Notes: a model not told the origin generated them from the sequence alone. A DNA stretch of 64,000 bases from an uncultured Clostridia bacterium (GCA_947589015.1 CANPZF010000002.1:18252-82251), one strand, 5' to 3'; counted from the first letter of the stretch, positions 40,915 to 50,875 are shown. Translations and numbers: made by a program.

Positions 40915-41070
40915 ATGACAAACGAGAAATTATTAGAGAAAATGAGTCAAGATATGAATATGAGAAATTTTTCTCACTATACATATGATTTTTATATAAG
41001 AAAGACTAAAGAGATGATAAAATATTTTAATAAATAATAAGAAACAACTACCTCAGGCTTACTTACTAAA
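40915..41070 (+). pseudogene. Second copy of the integrase N-terminal fragment (internally deleted)
   Basis: ATGACAAACGAGAAATTATTAGAGAAAATGAGTCAAGATATGAATATGAG... matches 38350-; upstream GCAATGGAACGAAAG block also shared. Confidence 0.6.
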
Positions 41071-41186
41071 TTGTATATAATGAAATTATTTACAAATAAT
41101 AATTTTAGAAGATTAACGAAAAGTATTCAAAAATAGTAAAATTTATGCTATACTATTTATAGTATAATAAAGAGAGGTGTATTGAT

Positions 41187-41423
41187 ATGATACAAGTAAC
41201 AAATATACAAGACTTAAAAACAGCAGTAAATCAAAATGGAGAAATGGTTATTACTATGAATAATAATGAAATTGTAATTATGAAAATGGAAGAATATAGA
41301 GAAAAACTATTAAAGGAAGATATAGAAGAACATCTATTGAAGGCAGAAGATGATATAAGAAATGGCAGAGTAAGAGATGCAAGAGAAGTTTTTAAAGAAT
41401 GGAAAGAAAAATATGGAATATAG
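41187..41423 (+). CDS. Type II antitoxin (Phd/YefM- or RelB-like)
   Basis: 78 aa; stop overlaps the start of the downstream RelE/ParE-like gene. Confidence 0.6.
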   Translation: MIQVTNIQDLKTAVNQNGEMVITMNNNEIVIMKMEEYREKLLKEDIEEHLLKAEDDIRNGRVRDAREVFKEWKEKYGI

Positions 41424-41730
41424 CATAAAATTAGCAGACCAATTTTTAGAAGAGTTTGAAGAAATATGCGACTATATTTCTAATAAATTAAAAAATATAG
41501 ATGCCTCAAATAGATTAAAAGAAAAAGTAATATATAATGTTCTTTTATTAGAAAATTCTCCAAAAATGTGTACTGAAATAGAAAAGATAAATAGAACAGA
41601 AAGACAATATAGAAGAATGCTTGTAAATAACTATGTTATTTTATATACCATAGATGAGCCAGAAAAAATAGTATATGTTGCACATATATATTATGGTGGA
41701 AGAAACTATTTAGATGGTGGTTTATTATAG
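41413..41730 (+). CDS. RelE/ParE-family type II toxin
   Basis: MEYSIKLADQFLEEFEEICDYI...YRRMLVNNYVILYTIDEPEKIVYVAHIYYGGRNY; start moved to the Met overlapping the antitoxin stop. Confidence 0.7.
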   Translation: MEYSIKLADQFLEEFEEICDYISNKLKNIDASNRLKEKVIYNVLLLENSPKMCTEIEKINRTERQYRRMLVNNYVILYTIDEPEKIVYVAHIYYGGRNYLDGGLL

Positions 41731-41873
41731 AAAATAAATAAGAATTTTGCTTTGAGTTTAAGAAATTAAATTCAAGGCGATTTTTATTTTCAAATTAATC
41801 ATATAAAAAATAAAAAGCAAACAATTAAATCTAGTATGTTTAACTGTTTGCTTAATGATAAGTATTTATTAGA

Positions 41874-41911
41874 AATATTACAATTTTGTAATAATCGATG
41901 AAATTACCATG
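41874..41911 (+). repeat. Solo IS terminal inverted repeat (same as the 38956-38996 end, opposite orientation)
   Basis: AATATTACAATTTTGTAATAATCGATGAAATTACCATG is the reverse complement of 38956-38996 with 1-2 mismatches. Confidence 0.7.
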
Positions 41912-41997
41912 ATAAAAACACTAATCATATTGGAAAAATCAAAAATATATGGTATACTTATGCATAATCAATATAGAATTAAAGGAAAGGGATAAAA

Positions 41998-42894
41998 ATG
42001 TCAGATAAAATATTAAAAATATTAGCACATCAAGGAAGAGTATCTGTAATATGTGCAGAAACAACAAATATAGTAGAAGAAGCAAGGAAAACACATGATT
42101 TTAGTCCAGTAGTAACGGCAGCATTTGGGAGAACTTTAACAATGGCAGCTATAATGGGAAGTGAAATGAAAAATGCAAAAGATAGGTTAACTATACAAAT
42201 AAAGGCAAATGGTCCTATTGGGAGCATGGTAATTACAACTAATAGTTTTCCTAGATTAAAAGGATATGCAGCCAATCCAATAGTAGATATACCATTAAAT
42301 GAAGATGGAAAATTAGATGTAGGTGGGGCAGTAGGAAATCAAGGATATATAAATGTTGTAAAAGACATAGGGTTAAAAGAACCATATGTTGGGATTTCAC
42401 CATTAGTATCTGGAGAGATAGCAGAAGACTTTGCAAATTATTTTGTGAATTCAGAACAAAGTAAGTCTGCTGTGGCATTAGGAGTTTTAGTAGATAAAAA
42501 TGGAGTAAAGTCAGCAGGGGGATATCTAATTAGACTTATGCCAGATGCAACTGAAGAAGATATATCAACAATTGAACAATCAATTTTTAAAGCAGGAGCA
42601 ATATCAAGAATGTTGGAACAAAAATTAGATTTACTTGAAATCTCCAAAAAAGTTACTGGAGATGAAAATGTAGAAGTTATAGAAGACACTAGAGTACCTG
42701 TATATAAATGTGATTGTTCAAAAGAACATATGAGAGATGGATTAATTTCTATAGGCAAAGAAGAACTACAGAGCATTATTGACAACGAGGGAAAAGCAGA
42801 ATTAGTTTGTCATTTTTGCAATAAAAAGTATCAATTTAATAAAGATGAACTAATTGACATTTTAAAGCAATTCACTTATAATGAAGGAAATTAA
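41998..42894 (+). CDS. hslO: Hsp33 redox-regulated chaperone
   Basis: C-terminal zinc centre CDCSKEHM...CHFCNKKYQF. Confidence 0.9.
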   Translation: MSDKILKILAHQGRVSVICAETTNIVEEARKTHDFSPVVTAAFGRTLTMAAIMGSEMKNAKDRLTIQIKANGPIGSMVITTNSFPRLKGYAANPIVDIPLNEDGKLDVGGAVGNQGYINVVKDIGLKEPYVGISPLVSGEIAEDFANYFVNSEQSKSAVALGVLVDKNGVKSAGGYLIRLMPDATEEDISTIEQSIFKAGAISRMLEQKLDLLEISKKVTGDENVEVIEDTRVPVYKCDCSKEHMRDGLISIGKEELQSIIDNEGKAELVCHFCNKKYQFNKDELIDILKQFTYNEGN

Positions 42895-42912
42895 AAGAAA
42901 AGGAGCTAAACA

Positions 42913-43836
42913 ATGGAAGATAAAATTTTAATTTTTGGACATAAAAATCCAGACACAGATTCAATATGTTCAAGTATGGTAATGGAAAAATTTGATAAAA
43001 ATTTAGGATTTAATGTAGAAGCAGTAAGACTAGGTAATGTTAATAAAGAAACACAATATGTTTTAAATTACTTAGGAATAGAAGCACCTAGATTAATTGA
43101 AAAAGTTAATGAAGGGCAAAAGGTTGTATTAGTTGATCATAATGAATTTAATCAAAGTGCAGATGGAATTGAAAATTCAATAATAGAAACGGTAGTAGAT
43201 CATCATAGAATTGCAGATTTTAAAACAAAAGAACCACTATATTATCGTGCAGAACCAGTAGGATGTACAGCTACTATTTTATATAAAAAGTTTAAAGAAG
43301 AAAATATGAAAATAGAAAAAAAAGAAGCAGTTTTAATGAGTTCTTCAATTATTTCTGATACATTATTATTAAAATCACCAACAACTACAGAATATGATAA
43401 AAACGCATTAAAAGAATTAGCTGAAATTGCACAAATAGATGTTAATACATATGGTATTGATATGTTAAAAGCAGGAACAGATTTAGCAGATTTTTCAGCT
43501 GAACAATTAATTAATATTGATGCAAAATCTTTTGAAAAAAATGGACATAAATTTGCAATAGCACAAGTAAATACAGTAGATATTTCTGATGTATTAAAGA
43601 GAAAAGATGAATTAAAAGATGCTATAGGTAAAGAAATACAAAAACAAAATTTGGAATTATTTGTTTTAGCGATAACAGATGTTTTAAATAGTAGTTCAGA
43701 AATATTATCATATGGACAAAATGAAAAGATAGTAGAAAAAGCATTTAATGGTAGCTTAGAAAACAATACAATGTTTTTAGAAGGCGTTGTATCAAGGAAA
43801 AAACAATTATTACCTAAAATTGAGGATTGTTTTTAA
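42913..43836 (+). CDS. ppaC: Manganese-dependent inorganic pyrophosphatase (family II, DHH)
   Basis: ILIFGHKNPDTDSICSS, VDHNE, DHHRI motifs. Confidence 0.9.
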   Translation: MEDKILIFGHKNPDTDSICSSMVMEKFDKNLGFNVEAVRLGNVNKETQYVLNYLGIEAPRLIEKVNEGQKVVLVDHNEFNQSADGIENSIIETVVDHHRIADFKTKEPLYYRAEPVGCTATILYKKFKEENMKIEKKEAVLMSSSIISDTLLLKSPTTTEYDKNALKELAEIAQIDVNTYGIDMLKAGTDLADFSAEQLINIDAKSFEKNGHKFAIAQVNTVDISDVLKRKDELKDAIGKEIQKQNLELFVLAITDVLNSSSEILSYGQNEKIVEKAFNGSLENNTMFLEGVVSRKKQLLPKIEDCF

Positions 43837-43849
43837 TTGAATATATAGT

Positions 43850-44268
43850 AATTTTTAAGTTTCGGTATTTTTGTAACTTTAGTACTTCTTACTTTTTATT
43901 CTACAATACGGTAACATATAGTATATATTTAGTTGATAAATCAATTTGTTCATTACATTCAAAAAGAAATTCTAATATTACAAAATTGAGCCTCTTTCAC
44001 TCAGGTCAAAATGATTATTAATATATTCTTTTGAATGAAACGACGAATGTGCCGTGGAATTTCTAAGTCATGTATCAAGCTGAGTCGTGTAGAATATATT
44101 AATAATCATTTTTCCCGTGAACATTCCTCAATTTTGTATATAAGAATTTCTATTTTTCATTCCAATCAAGCATTGATTTATCAACTAAATATATACTATA
44201 TGTTGCCGTGTTGTAGAATAAAAAGTAAGAAGTACTAAAGTTACAAAAATACCGAAACTAAAAATAGT
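43850..44268. repeat. Family A element, copy A3 (core inverted relative to A1/A2, apical hairpin deleted)
   Basis: Arms TTTTTAAGTTTCGGTATTTTTGTAACTTTAGTACTTCTTAC... self-pair; core is the reverse complement of the A2 core minus about 77 bp between GAATTTCTA repeats. Confidence 0.85.
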
Positions 44269-44355
44269 AATTTAATTGACATTTTTTTTAATTTATAGTA
44301 TACTGAGCACGTAGTAGATTTTAGATAAATATGGTAATTTAAGGAGAAATTTGCA

Positions 44356-45759
44356 ATGAAAAGTGAAACAAATATAAAAAACATTATTAAAATGTTCTTT
44401 ATGGTGACAATAATTAGTATGTTTTTCCTAAATGTGAGCTTTGCTGCAAGCATAGGAACAATAAATGTAGAAACAGCCAATTTACGAGAAAGTGCAAGTA
44501 AAGATAGTGCAGTATTAGAGTTAATTTCTTTAAATGAAAAAGTTGAAATTATAGAAAAAGTAAATGACTGGTATAAAGTAAAATATAAGGGAATAGAAGG
44601 ATATTTAAGAGGTGACTTAATAAAAATTAGTGATGAAGTACAAACAACACAGGAAAATACTAATAATACTAATACTAATGCAGTAAACAATGTAAGTGAA
44701 AATAAAAATACTACGGATGAAAGTACAACAGAAAAAAACAATACGAAAGTTGATCAAGTGCAGACTGAACAAGAAAACAGACAAAATGAAACACAAGAAG
44801 AAAATCAATTGGAAAAATTTAAAATTTTAGAAGATACAAAAATAAAGATAATACCTACAATAAATGCTATGAACATAGTAGATGTAAAAAAAGACGAAGA
44901 AGTAAAAGCTATAGAGTTTATAAATGGTTGGGTATGTATTGAAACACAAACAGCCAAAGGTTGGATAAGAGAAGAAAAAATAAATAAGATTGACGAAACA
45001 ATATCTAATAATGAAGAAGAACAACAACCACAGCAATCACAGCAACCTGAACAAGTAACAGGGGAAACAGAGGAGAAAAAAACAACGGAAGAACAACCAC
45101 AAGAAACACCACAAACTAAGAAAAAATATATTAATTCACCTTCAGTAAATTTAAGAACACAACCTAATACTAATTGTGAAGTATTAAAAAGCATAACTAT
45201 AAATACTGAAGTAGAGGTAATTTCAGAAGCTAATGGTTGGAGCAAAGTAAAAGTAGATGGATTAGAAGGATATGTGTCATCAAAACTCTTATCAGATACT
45301 AAAAAAGAAACTTCTAGGGGAATGACAGAAGAAAGAAAAACGGTAGAAGATGCTAATACACAACAAACTAGTACAACAGTAAATACTACATCAAGCACAA
45401 GAGGAGCAGAAATTTTAGAAACAGCCAATAAATATATGGGGGCAAAATATGTGTATGGAGGAACAACACCTAGTGGATTTGATTGTTCAGGATTTACATT
45501 TTATGTATATAAACAACATGGAATTACACTAAATCGAACGGCAGCTGCCCAATACAGTAATGGAGTTGCTGTAAGTAGAGATGAACTACAACAAGGTGAT
45601 TTAGTTATGTTTGGAAAATCCGGAATAAATCATGTAGGAATTTATATTGGTGAAGGAAGATTCATACATGCAGCTAATCCTTCAAGAGGTGTTACAACAG
45701 ATACAATAGATTCAGGATATTATTATACAAACTATGTAGGAGCAAGAAGAGTTTTGTAA
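44356..45759 (+). CDS. Cell-wall hydrolase: SH3 domains plus NlpC/P60 (C40) peptidase
   Basis: Signal peptide; SH3b repeats (WYKVKYKGIEGYL, WSKVKVDGLEGYV); C-terminal YVYGGTTPSGFDCSGF...NHVGIYIG. Confidence 0.85.
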   Translation: MKSETNIKNIIKMFFMVTIISMFFLNVSFAASIGTINVETANLRESASKDSAVLELISLNEKVEIIEKVNDWYKVKYKGIEGYLRGDLIKISDEVQTTQENTNNTNTNAVNNVSENKNTTDESTTEKNNTKVDQVQTEQENRQNETQEENQLEKFKILEDTKIKIIPTINAMNIVDVKKDEEVKAIEFINGWVCIETQTAKGWIREEKINKIDETISNNEEEQQPQQSQQPEQVTGETEEKKTTEEQPQETPQTKKKYINSPSVNLRTQPNTNCEVLKSITINTEVEVISEANGWSKVKVDGLEGYVSSKLLSDTKKETSRGMTEERKTVEDANTQQTSTTVNTTSSTRGAEILETANKYMGAKYVYGGTTPSGFDCSGFTFYVYKQHGITLNRTAAAQYSNGVAVSRDELQQGDLVMFGKSGINHVGIYIGEGRFIHAANPSRGVTTDTIDSGYYYTNYVGARRVL

Positions 45760-45778
45760 AATAAAGCAATTATAAGGA

Positions 45779-48277
45779 GTGAAAAAAATCTTAGTAAATA
45801 GACCAATTGTAGTTGCAGTTATAGGATATATAATAGGTATATTATGGGGACTATACTTTAAATTTAGTATAGTTCTTTTTTATTTTCCTGTAATTGTAAT
45901 ATGGATGTTATTTAAAAGAAAAAATAATAAAGTAAAAAAATTAAAACTTTTATCTATAAAAAGATATTTTAGATATGTAAAACTTATAATTCCTAAAAAG
46001 GTAATTATATTAATAATTGTATTTTCATCAATATCCAACATATTTTTTGCATGTCAAGATTTAAAGTATGAAAAGCTATATAAAGAAGGAAAGATTAGTT
46101 TAACAGGTACAATCTATAGTGATAAACAAGAAAAACAATATAATTACATTTATAAAATGAAGGTAGAAAAACCCGCAAAATATAATGCAACAGAAATATA
46201 TTTAAAAATAAACAAAAAGCAAGAAATAGAACTAAAATATGGAGATAAGATTACCGTATCTGGAGAATATCAAAATGCAGATGGACAAAGAAATTATGGA
46301 GGATATGATGCAAAACAAAATTTAAAAATAAACAAAATTTATGGAACAATTATAGCCAATGATGTGAAAAAAATAGATAAAGATAAAGTGAATTTTATAA
46401 ATATAGAAATACATAAATTATCGGTAAAAATCAAAGAAAAAATATATAAATATGTAAAAGACGAAGAAGCGGATATTTTACAAGGAATCTTATTAGGAGA
46501 TACACGGAAGAATTAGTGACGAAATAAAGGAACAGTTTAGCATTAGCAATATATCGCATATTTTAGCCGTATCAGGTATGCATATTTCATATTTAATAAT
46601 AGGAATAAATATTTGTTTTAAGAAACTTTTTGGAAAAAACACCATTCAAATAGTTACAATATGTGTGCTTATTGTATATTCATGTATAATTGGATTTTCA
46701 GAATCAACTGTTAGAGCTGTTATTATGGCAGTGATGATTATTATATCGAAATTAATTTATAGAAAAAGTGATATATATACAAGTATAGCGATTTCACTAT
46801 TTGTAATTTTAATTTATAATCCATATTGTATTTTGCAGATAGGAATACAGCTTTCTTATGGAGGAACATTAGGTATACTACTTTTTTCAAAAAATATGAA
46901 TAATATAATAAAATGCAAAAATGAAAAGATAGAAAAAATAAAAGAAATGATATCAGTTATGTGTTCTGCTCAAATAGTAATTTTACCAATTATGTTATTT
47001 CATTTTAATATTTTAGGATTATATTTTATTATTACAAATATATTAGTTAGTTTTATTATAGGTTTGATTGTAATATTAGGTTTTATTTTTTGTATAACAG
47101 CTTTTGTAAGTAATACTAGTGCTAAAGTTATTTCAATATTTCTAAAAATCGGAGTAAAAATTTTAATTCAAATATCTAAATTCAGTAACTTACCGTTTGC
47201 TAAAATATATATTCCAACTATAAAAATTTGGAAAATTATTATATATTTTGCTATCATTTTGGTGTTGAATTTTTGGTATACATTATATCAAAAAAATTAT
47301 TTGAATATGACACAAAGGAGGATAAAAAATTTAATTGCGCTTTTTAAGTATAAAATGAAAAATGTAAAAAAATTTGGCGTAATTATATGTATAATATTAA
47401 TTTGCATTATTAAAATCTTACCACAAAATTTAAAAGTCCATTTTATAGATGTAGGACAAGGAGATGCAACATTAATAGTAACTCCTAAAAATAAAACAAT
47501 ATTGATAGATGGTGGGGGAAGTAGTTCTTCAAATTTTGATGTAGGCAAACAGATTTTATTACCATATATATTAGATAGAGGATTTTCAAAAATAGATTAT
47601 GTGTTTATCAGTCATTTTGACTATGATCATATTGGTCGGAATTTTATATTTATTGAAAGAAATAAAAGTAAAAAATGTCATAATAGGTAAACAATTTGAA
47701 AAGTCAGAAATTTATCAAGAATTTTCAAAAATTGTAAAAGAAAAAAGAATAGAAGTAAATGAAATAGAAGAAGGAACAAAAATCAAAATTGAAGATGACT
47801 TATATTTAGATGTATTATGGCCAGATAGTGAACAAGTATTGTCAAAAAATTCTATTAATAATAATGCTTTAGTATTTAAGCTGAATTATAAAAAATTTTC
47901 AATGTTATTTACTGGAGATATAGAAGAAGAAGCTGAGAAAATTTTAGTTTCAAAATATAATAATACAAATATTTTAGAATCTGTAGTTTTGAAAGTAGGA
48001 CATCATGGATCAAAAACATCTTCAACTCAAAAATTTTTACAATTAATTAAGCCTAAGATTTCATTAATTGGCGTAGGTAAAAATAATAATTTCGGACATC
48101 CAAATGATGATGTAATACAACGATTGAAAAAATTACGGCTCTATAATTTTTAGAACAGATGAAGATGGAGAAATAAGCATGGAGATAAATAGGAAAGGGA
48201 AAATAAAAATGCTAAGGGTTGCCGAAAGAGACGCTCTTAAATTGCCAAAGGGGACGTTCTTAAATGGCAACTTATAA
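45779..48277 (+). pseudogene. comEC: DNA internalization competence protein ComEC/Rec2 with three 1-nt frameshifts
   Basis: Three ORFs join as ...LLGDTRK/ISDEIKEQFSISNISHILAVSGMH (about 46510), ...HFDYDHIG/GILYLLKE (extra C at 47637), ...VIQRLK/NYGSIIFRTDEDGEI (A6 at 48127-48132); metallo-beta-lactamase HFDYDH motif. Confidence 0.8.
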
Positions 48278-48358
48278 TAAGTAATATTTTACTTTTATAA
48301 GTTGCCATTTAAGAACGTCCCCTTTGGCAATTTAAGAGCGTCCCTTTCGGCAACCCTT
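48214..48358. repeat. 145-bp near-perfect palindrome built from about 23-bp subrepeats
   Basis: AAGGGTTGCCGAAAGAGACGCTCTTAAATTGCCAAAGGGGACGTTCTTAAATGGCAACTTATAA, about 15-nt loop, then the reverse complement (1 mismatch). Confidence 0.9.
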
Positions 48359-48443
48359 TCGCAACTTTTCACAAGATAAAGAAAAATGTATAATTTTAAC
48401 AAAATAGTAAATACTTATAAAAAAAGTAAAAGGAGAATTAAGA

Positions 48444-49046
48444 ATGAATAAGGTAATTGTAATAATGCTTAGTATTATTGTAGTTATTGGAGCTATGATT
48501 ACAGGAATGTTGATATTTAACAATAATGTAGAACAAGATGGGAGTATGTCAAATATAAAAGTATCAGAAGAAGAGATTTTGGATGATTGTACTGATGAAT
48601 ACGAAGAATTAAATTCAGAACAAATTTTGCAGACAGATTCAAATGAAGAAAAAATATCACCTAATTGTGCAATGATTTTAAAAAGTTATTACCTAGAATG
48701 TAAACACACCATAAGAAAATATTCTAATATTCCAGATGAATTAATTAATAAAACAGAAAAAGAATTACAAGAGATATATAGTGATTGGAATATTGAAAAA
48801 TTTGCAAATAATGAAATAATTTTATGGAAAGAATTTGAAGGAGAATGTGGTGAACATTATGTTGTTAGAGATAAAGATGGACAAGTAGTAATATATCAAA
48901 TTTTAGAAAATGGGGAGGAAGAAGAAGTAGAAAAAACAGATATAGCAACAGACTATTTAACAGAAACTGATAAGATTAATATGCAAGAGGGAATTAAAGT
49001 TTATGGAAAAGAAAATTTAAATCAATTGATTGAGGATTTTGAGTAA
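48444..49046 (+). CDS. Membrane-anchored protein, BofC C-terminal-domain-like
   Basis: N-terminal TM; ...CGEHYVVRDKDGQVVIYQ...LTETDKINMQEGIKVYGKENLNQLIEDFE resembles the BofC_C pattern (from memory). Confidence 0.4.
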   Translation: MNKVIVIMLSIIVVIGAMITGMLIFNNNVEQDGSMSNIKVSEEEILDDCTDEYEELNSEQILQTDSNEEKISPNCAMILKSYYLECKHTIRKYSNIPDELINKTEKELQEIYSDWNIEKFANNEIILWKEFEGECGEHYVVRDKDGQVVIYQILENGEEEEVEKTDIATDYLTETDKINMQEGIKVYGKENLNQLIEDFE

Positions 49047-49147
49047 ATTTGCAAAAAATAATCGTTGACAATAAAATATAAAAAATATATACTAAATATA
49101 CACCTTATTGTAGATATAATAATAATTATAGTAAAAGGGGAAAAAGG

Positions 49148-50875
49148 ATGGGAAAAATTTATAATCCAACAATAAAAGATGTAATAAAAAAGGCCAGACG
49201 TAATAATAGAACAGTAAATACAAATATGATATTAAAAGCATATGCATATGCTGATGATAAGCATAAAAATCAATATAGAAAGTCTGGAGAACCATATATA
49301 ATACATCCATTATATGTAGCATATATTTTAGCAGATTTAGGTTTAGATACAGATACTATATGTGCAGCATTATTGCATGATGTAGTTGAAGATACAGATT
49401 CCACATATGAAGATATAGAGAAAGAATTTTCAAAAGGTATTGCAGAAATTGTTGAAGGTGTAACAAAATTGGGAAAATTATTTGATACAGTAGAAGAAAA
49501 GCAGGCCGAAAATTATAAAAAAATGTTTGTGGCAATGGAAAAAGATATAAGAGTGATTTTACTGAAAATTGCAGATAGGCTTCATAATGCAATGACTTTG
49601 GAACATTTAAAAAGAGATAGGCAAATATATATAGCAGAAGAAACATTGGAAGTATATGCTCAGATTGCTAATAAGCTTGGATTATATGATATAAAGTGCA
49701 GATTAGAAGAAGAATGTTTTAAAATATTGTATCCAGATGAATATAAAAATTTGCTAGAACAAGTAGAGAAGAAAAAAGAGGAAAAATTAGAAAATTTACA
49801 GAAAACTAAAAAAAGATTAGAGATTGAATTAAAAAGACAAAGAATACCAACAATAATTTCAATAGAAACAAAACATTTATATAATTTATATAAAAAGATG
49901 CAAAGCAAAAATTTAACATTAGATGAAATAAAAGATTTATTTGCTATAAAAATATTAGTAAAAAATAAGCAGACTTGTTATATTGTTATGGGGATTATAA
50001 ATAAACTATATAAACTACTACCGGGAACTTTTAAGGATTATATAGCAGTGCCTAGAATGAATATGTATCAAGCTATACATGGTACTTTATTAGGTGAAAA
50101 AGGAGTAATTTTTGAGGCACAAATATGTAGTTATGATATGAACAAAATTTCAAAATATGGAATTACTGCGTATTTTTCATATATGAAAAATACTAATAAG
50201 CAAGAAGGGAATGAAAGTGTATTTAAAGAAAAGCTTTCTGGAATCCAAAATTCATTAGAATTAGAAAAGCAGATTAATGACCCTAAGCAATTTTTAAATA
50301 CATTAAAAACAGAATTATTTGAAGATGAAGTATACGTTTTTACACCTAAAGGAGAAATTAGAGTGCTACCAAAAGGGGCAACCGCAATAGATTTTGCTTA
50401 TAGTATAAGTGAAGAAATTGGAAATCATTTAATTGGATGTAAAATAAATAGTGTTAATATGCCAGTAATAACAACTTTAAAAAGTGGAAATATTGTTGAA
50501 ATAATAACATCGCAAAGAGAATTAATGCCAAATGAAAATTGGCTAGAATATATAAAAACAGCTAAAGCTAAAAATGAATTAATAAAACATTTGGATAAAA
50601 TGGAACAGCAGAAAAAAAATAGAATTGTAACACTAGAAATAGAAATAGAAGATAGGAATGGATTGGCTTTAGATATTACAAAATGTATACAAGAAACTAA
50701 TACAAATGTCTTAGCATTAAAATCAGAAATGAAAGAAAACAAGCAAGGATTTTTAATAATAGTAATGGAAATTGAAACTAAAGAGAAATTAGAAAAAATT
50801 AAAAAATCAATTTTAGAAGTAAAAAATGTAAAGAGTATAAGAGAATTAGAAAATAAAGAATTTGAGAAATTTTAG
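49148..50875 (+). CDS. rel: Long RelA/SpoT homologue (HD hydrolase, divergent synthetase, TGS, ACT)
   Basis: HD domain HPLYVAYILADL...LLHDVVEDT and ADRLHNAMTL intact; synthetase motifs altered (IETKH for GRxKH, EAQICS for EVQIRT); TGS and ACT regions recognisable. Confidence 0.8.
   Translation: MGKIYNPTIKDVIKKARRNNRTVNTNMILKAYAYADDKHKNQYRKSGEPYIIHPLYVAYILADLGLDTDTICAALLHDVVEDTDSTYEDIEKEFSKGIAEIVEGVTKLGKLFDTVEEKQAENYKKMFVAMEKDIRVILLKIADRLHNAMTLEHLKRDRQIYIAEETLEVYAQIANKLGLYDIKCRLEEECFKILYPDEYKNLLEQVEKKKEEKLENLQKTKKRLEIELKRQRIPTIISIETKHLYNLYKKMQSKNLTLDEIKDLFAIKILVKNKQTCYIVMGIINKLYKLLPGTFKDYIAVPRMNMYQAIHGTLLGEKGVIFEAQICSYDMNKISKYGITAYFSYMKNTNKQEGNESVFKEKLSGIQNSLELEKQINDPKQFLNTLKTELFEDEVYVFTPKGEIRVLPKGATAIDFAYSISEEIGNHLIGCKINSVNMPVITTLKSGNIVEIITSQRELMPNENWLEYIKTAKAKNELIKHLDKMEQQKKNRIVTLEIEIEDRNGLALDITKCIQETNTNVLALKSEMKENKQGFLIIVMEIETKEKLEKIKKSILEVKNVKSIRELENKEFEKF

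Noticed and set aside
43827-44238. Two ORFs (64 and 67 aa) called inside repeat A3
   Set aside because: They lie wholly within a non-coding palindromic repeat. They have no RBS and are not conserved in copies A1 and A2, whose reading frames differ.
44269-44355. Looked for a ydaO-type c-di-AMP riboswitch upstream of the NlpC/P60 hydrolase
   Set aside because: Only about 85 nt lie between repeat A3 and the start codon. They hold a TTGACA-17-TATACT promoter and the RBS, with no room or motifs for the riboswitch.
48214-48358. Considered whether the repeated palindromic units here or elsewhere form a CRISPR array
   Set aside because: There are no regularly spaced direct repeats with unique spacers. 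The units are inverted, not direct, and no cas genes are in the window.
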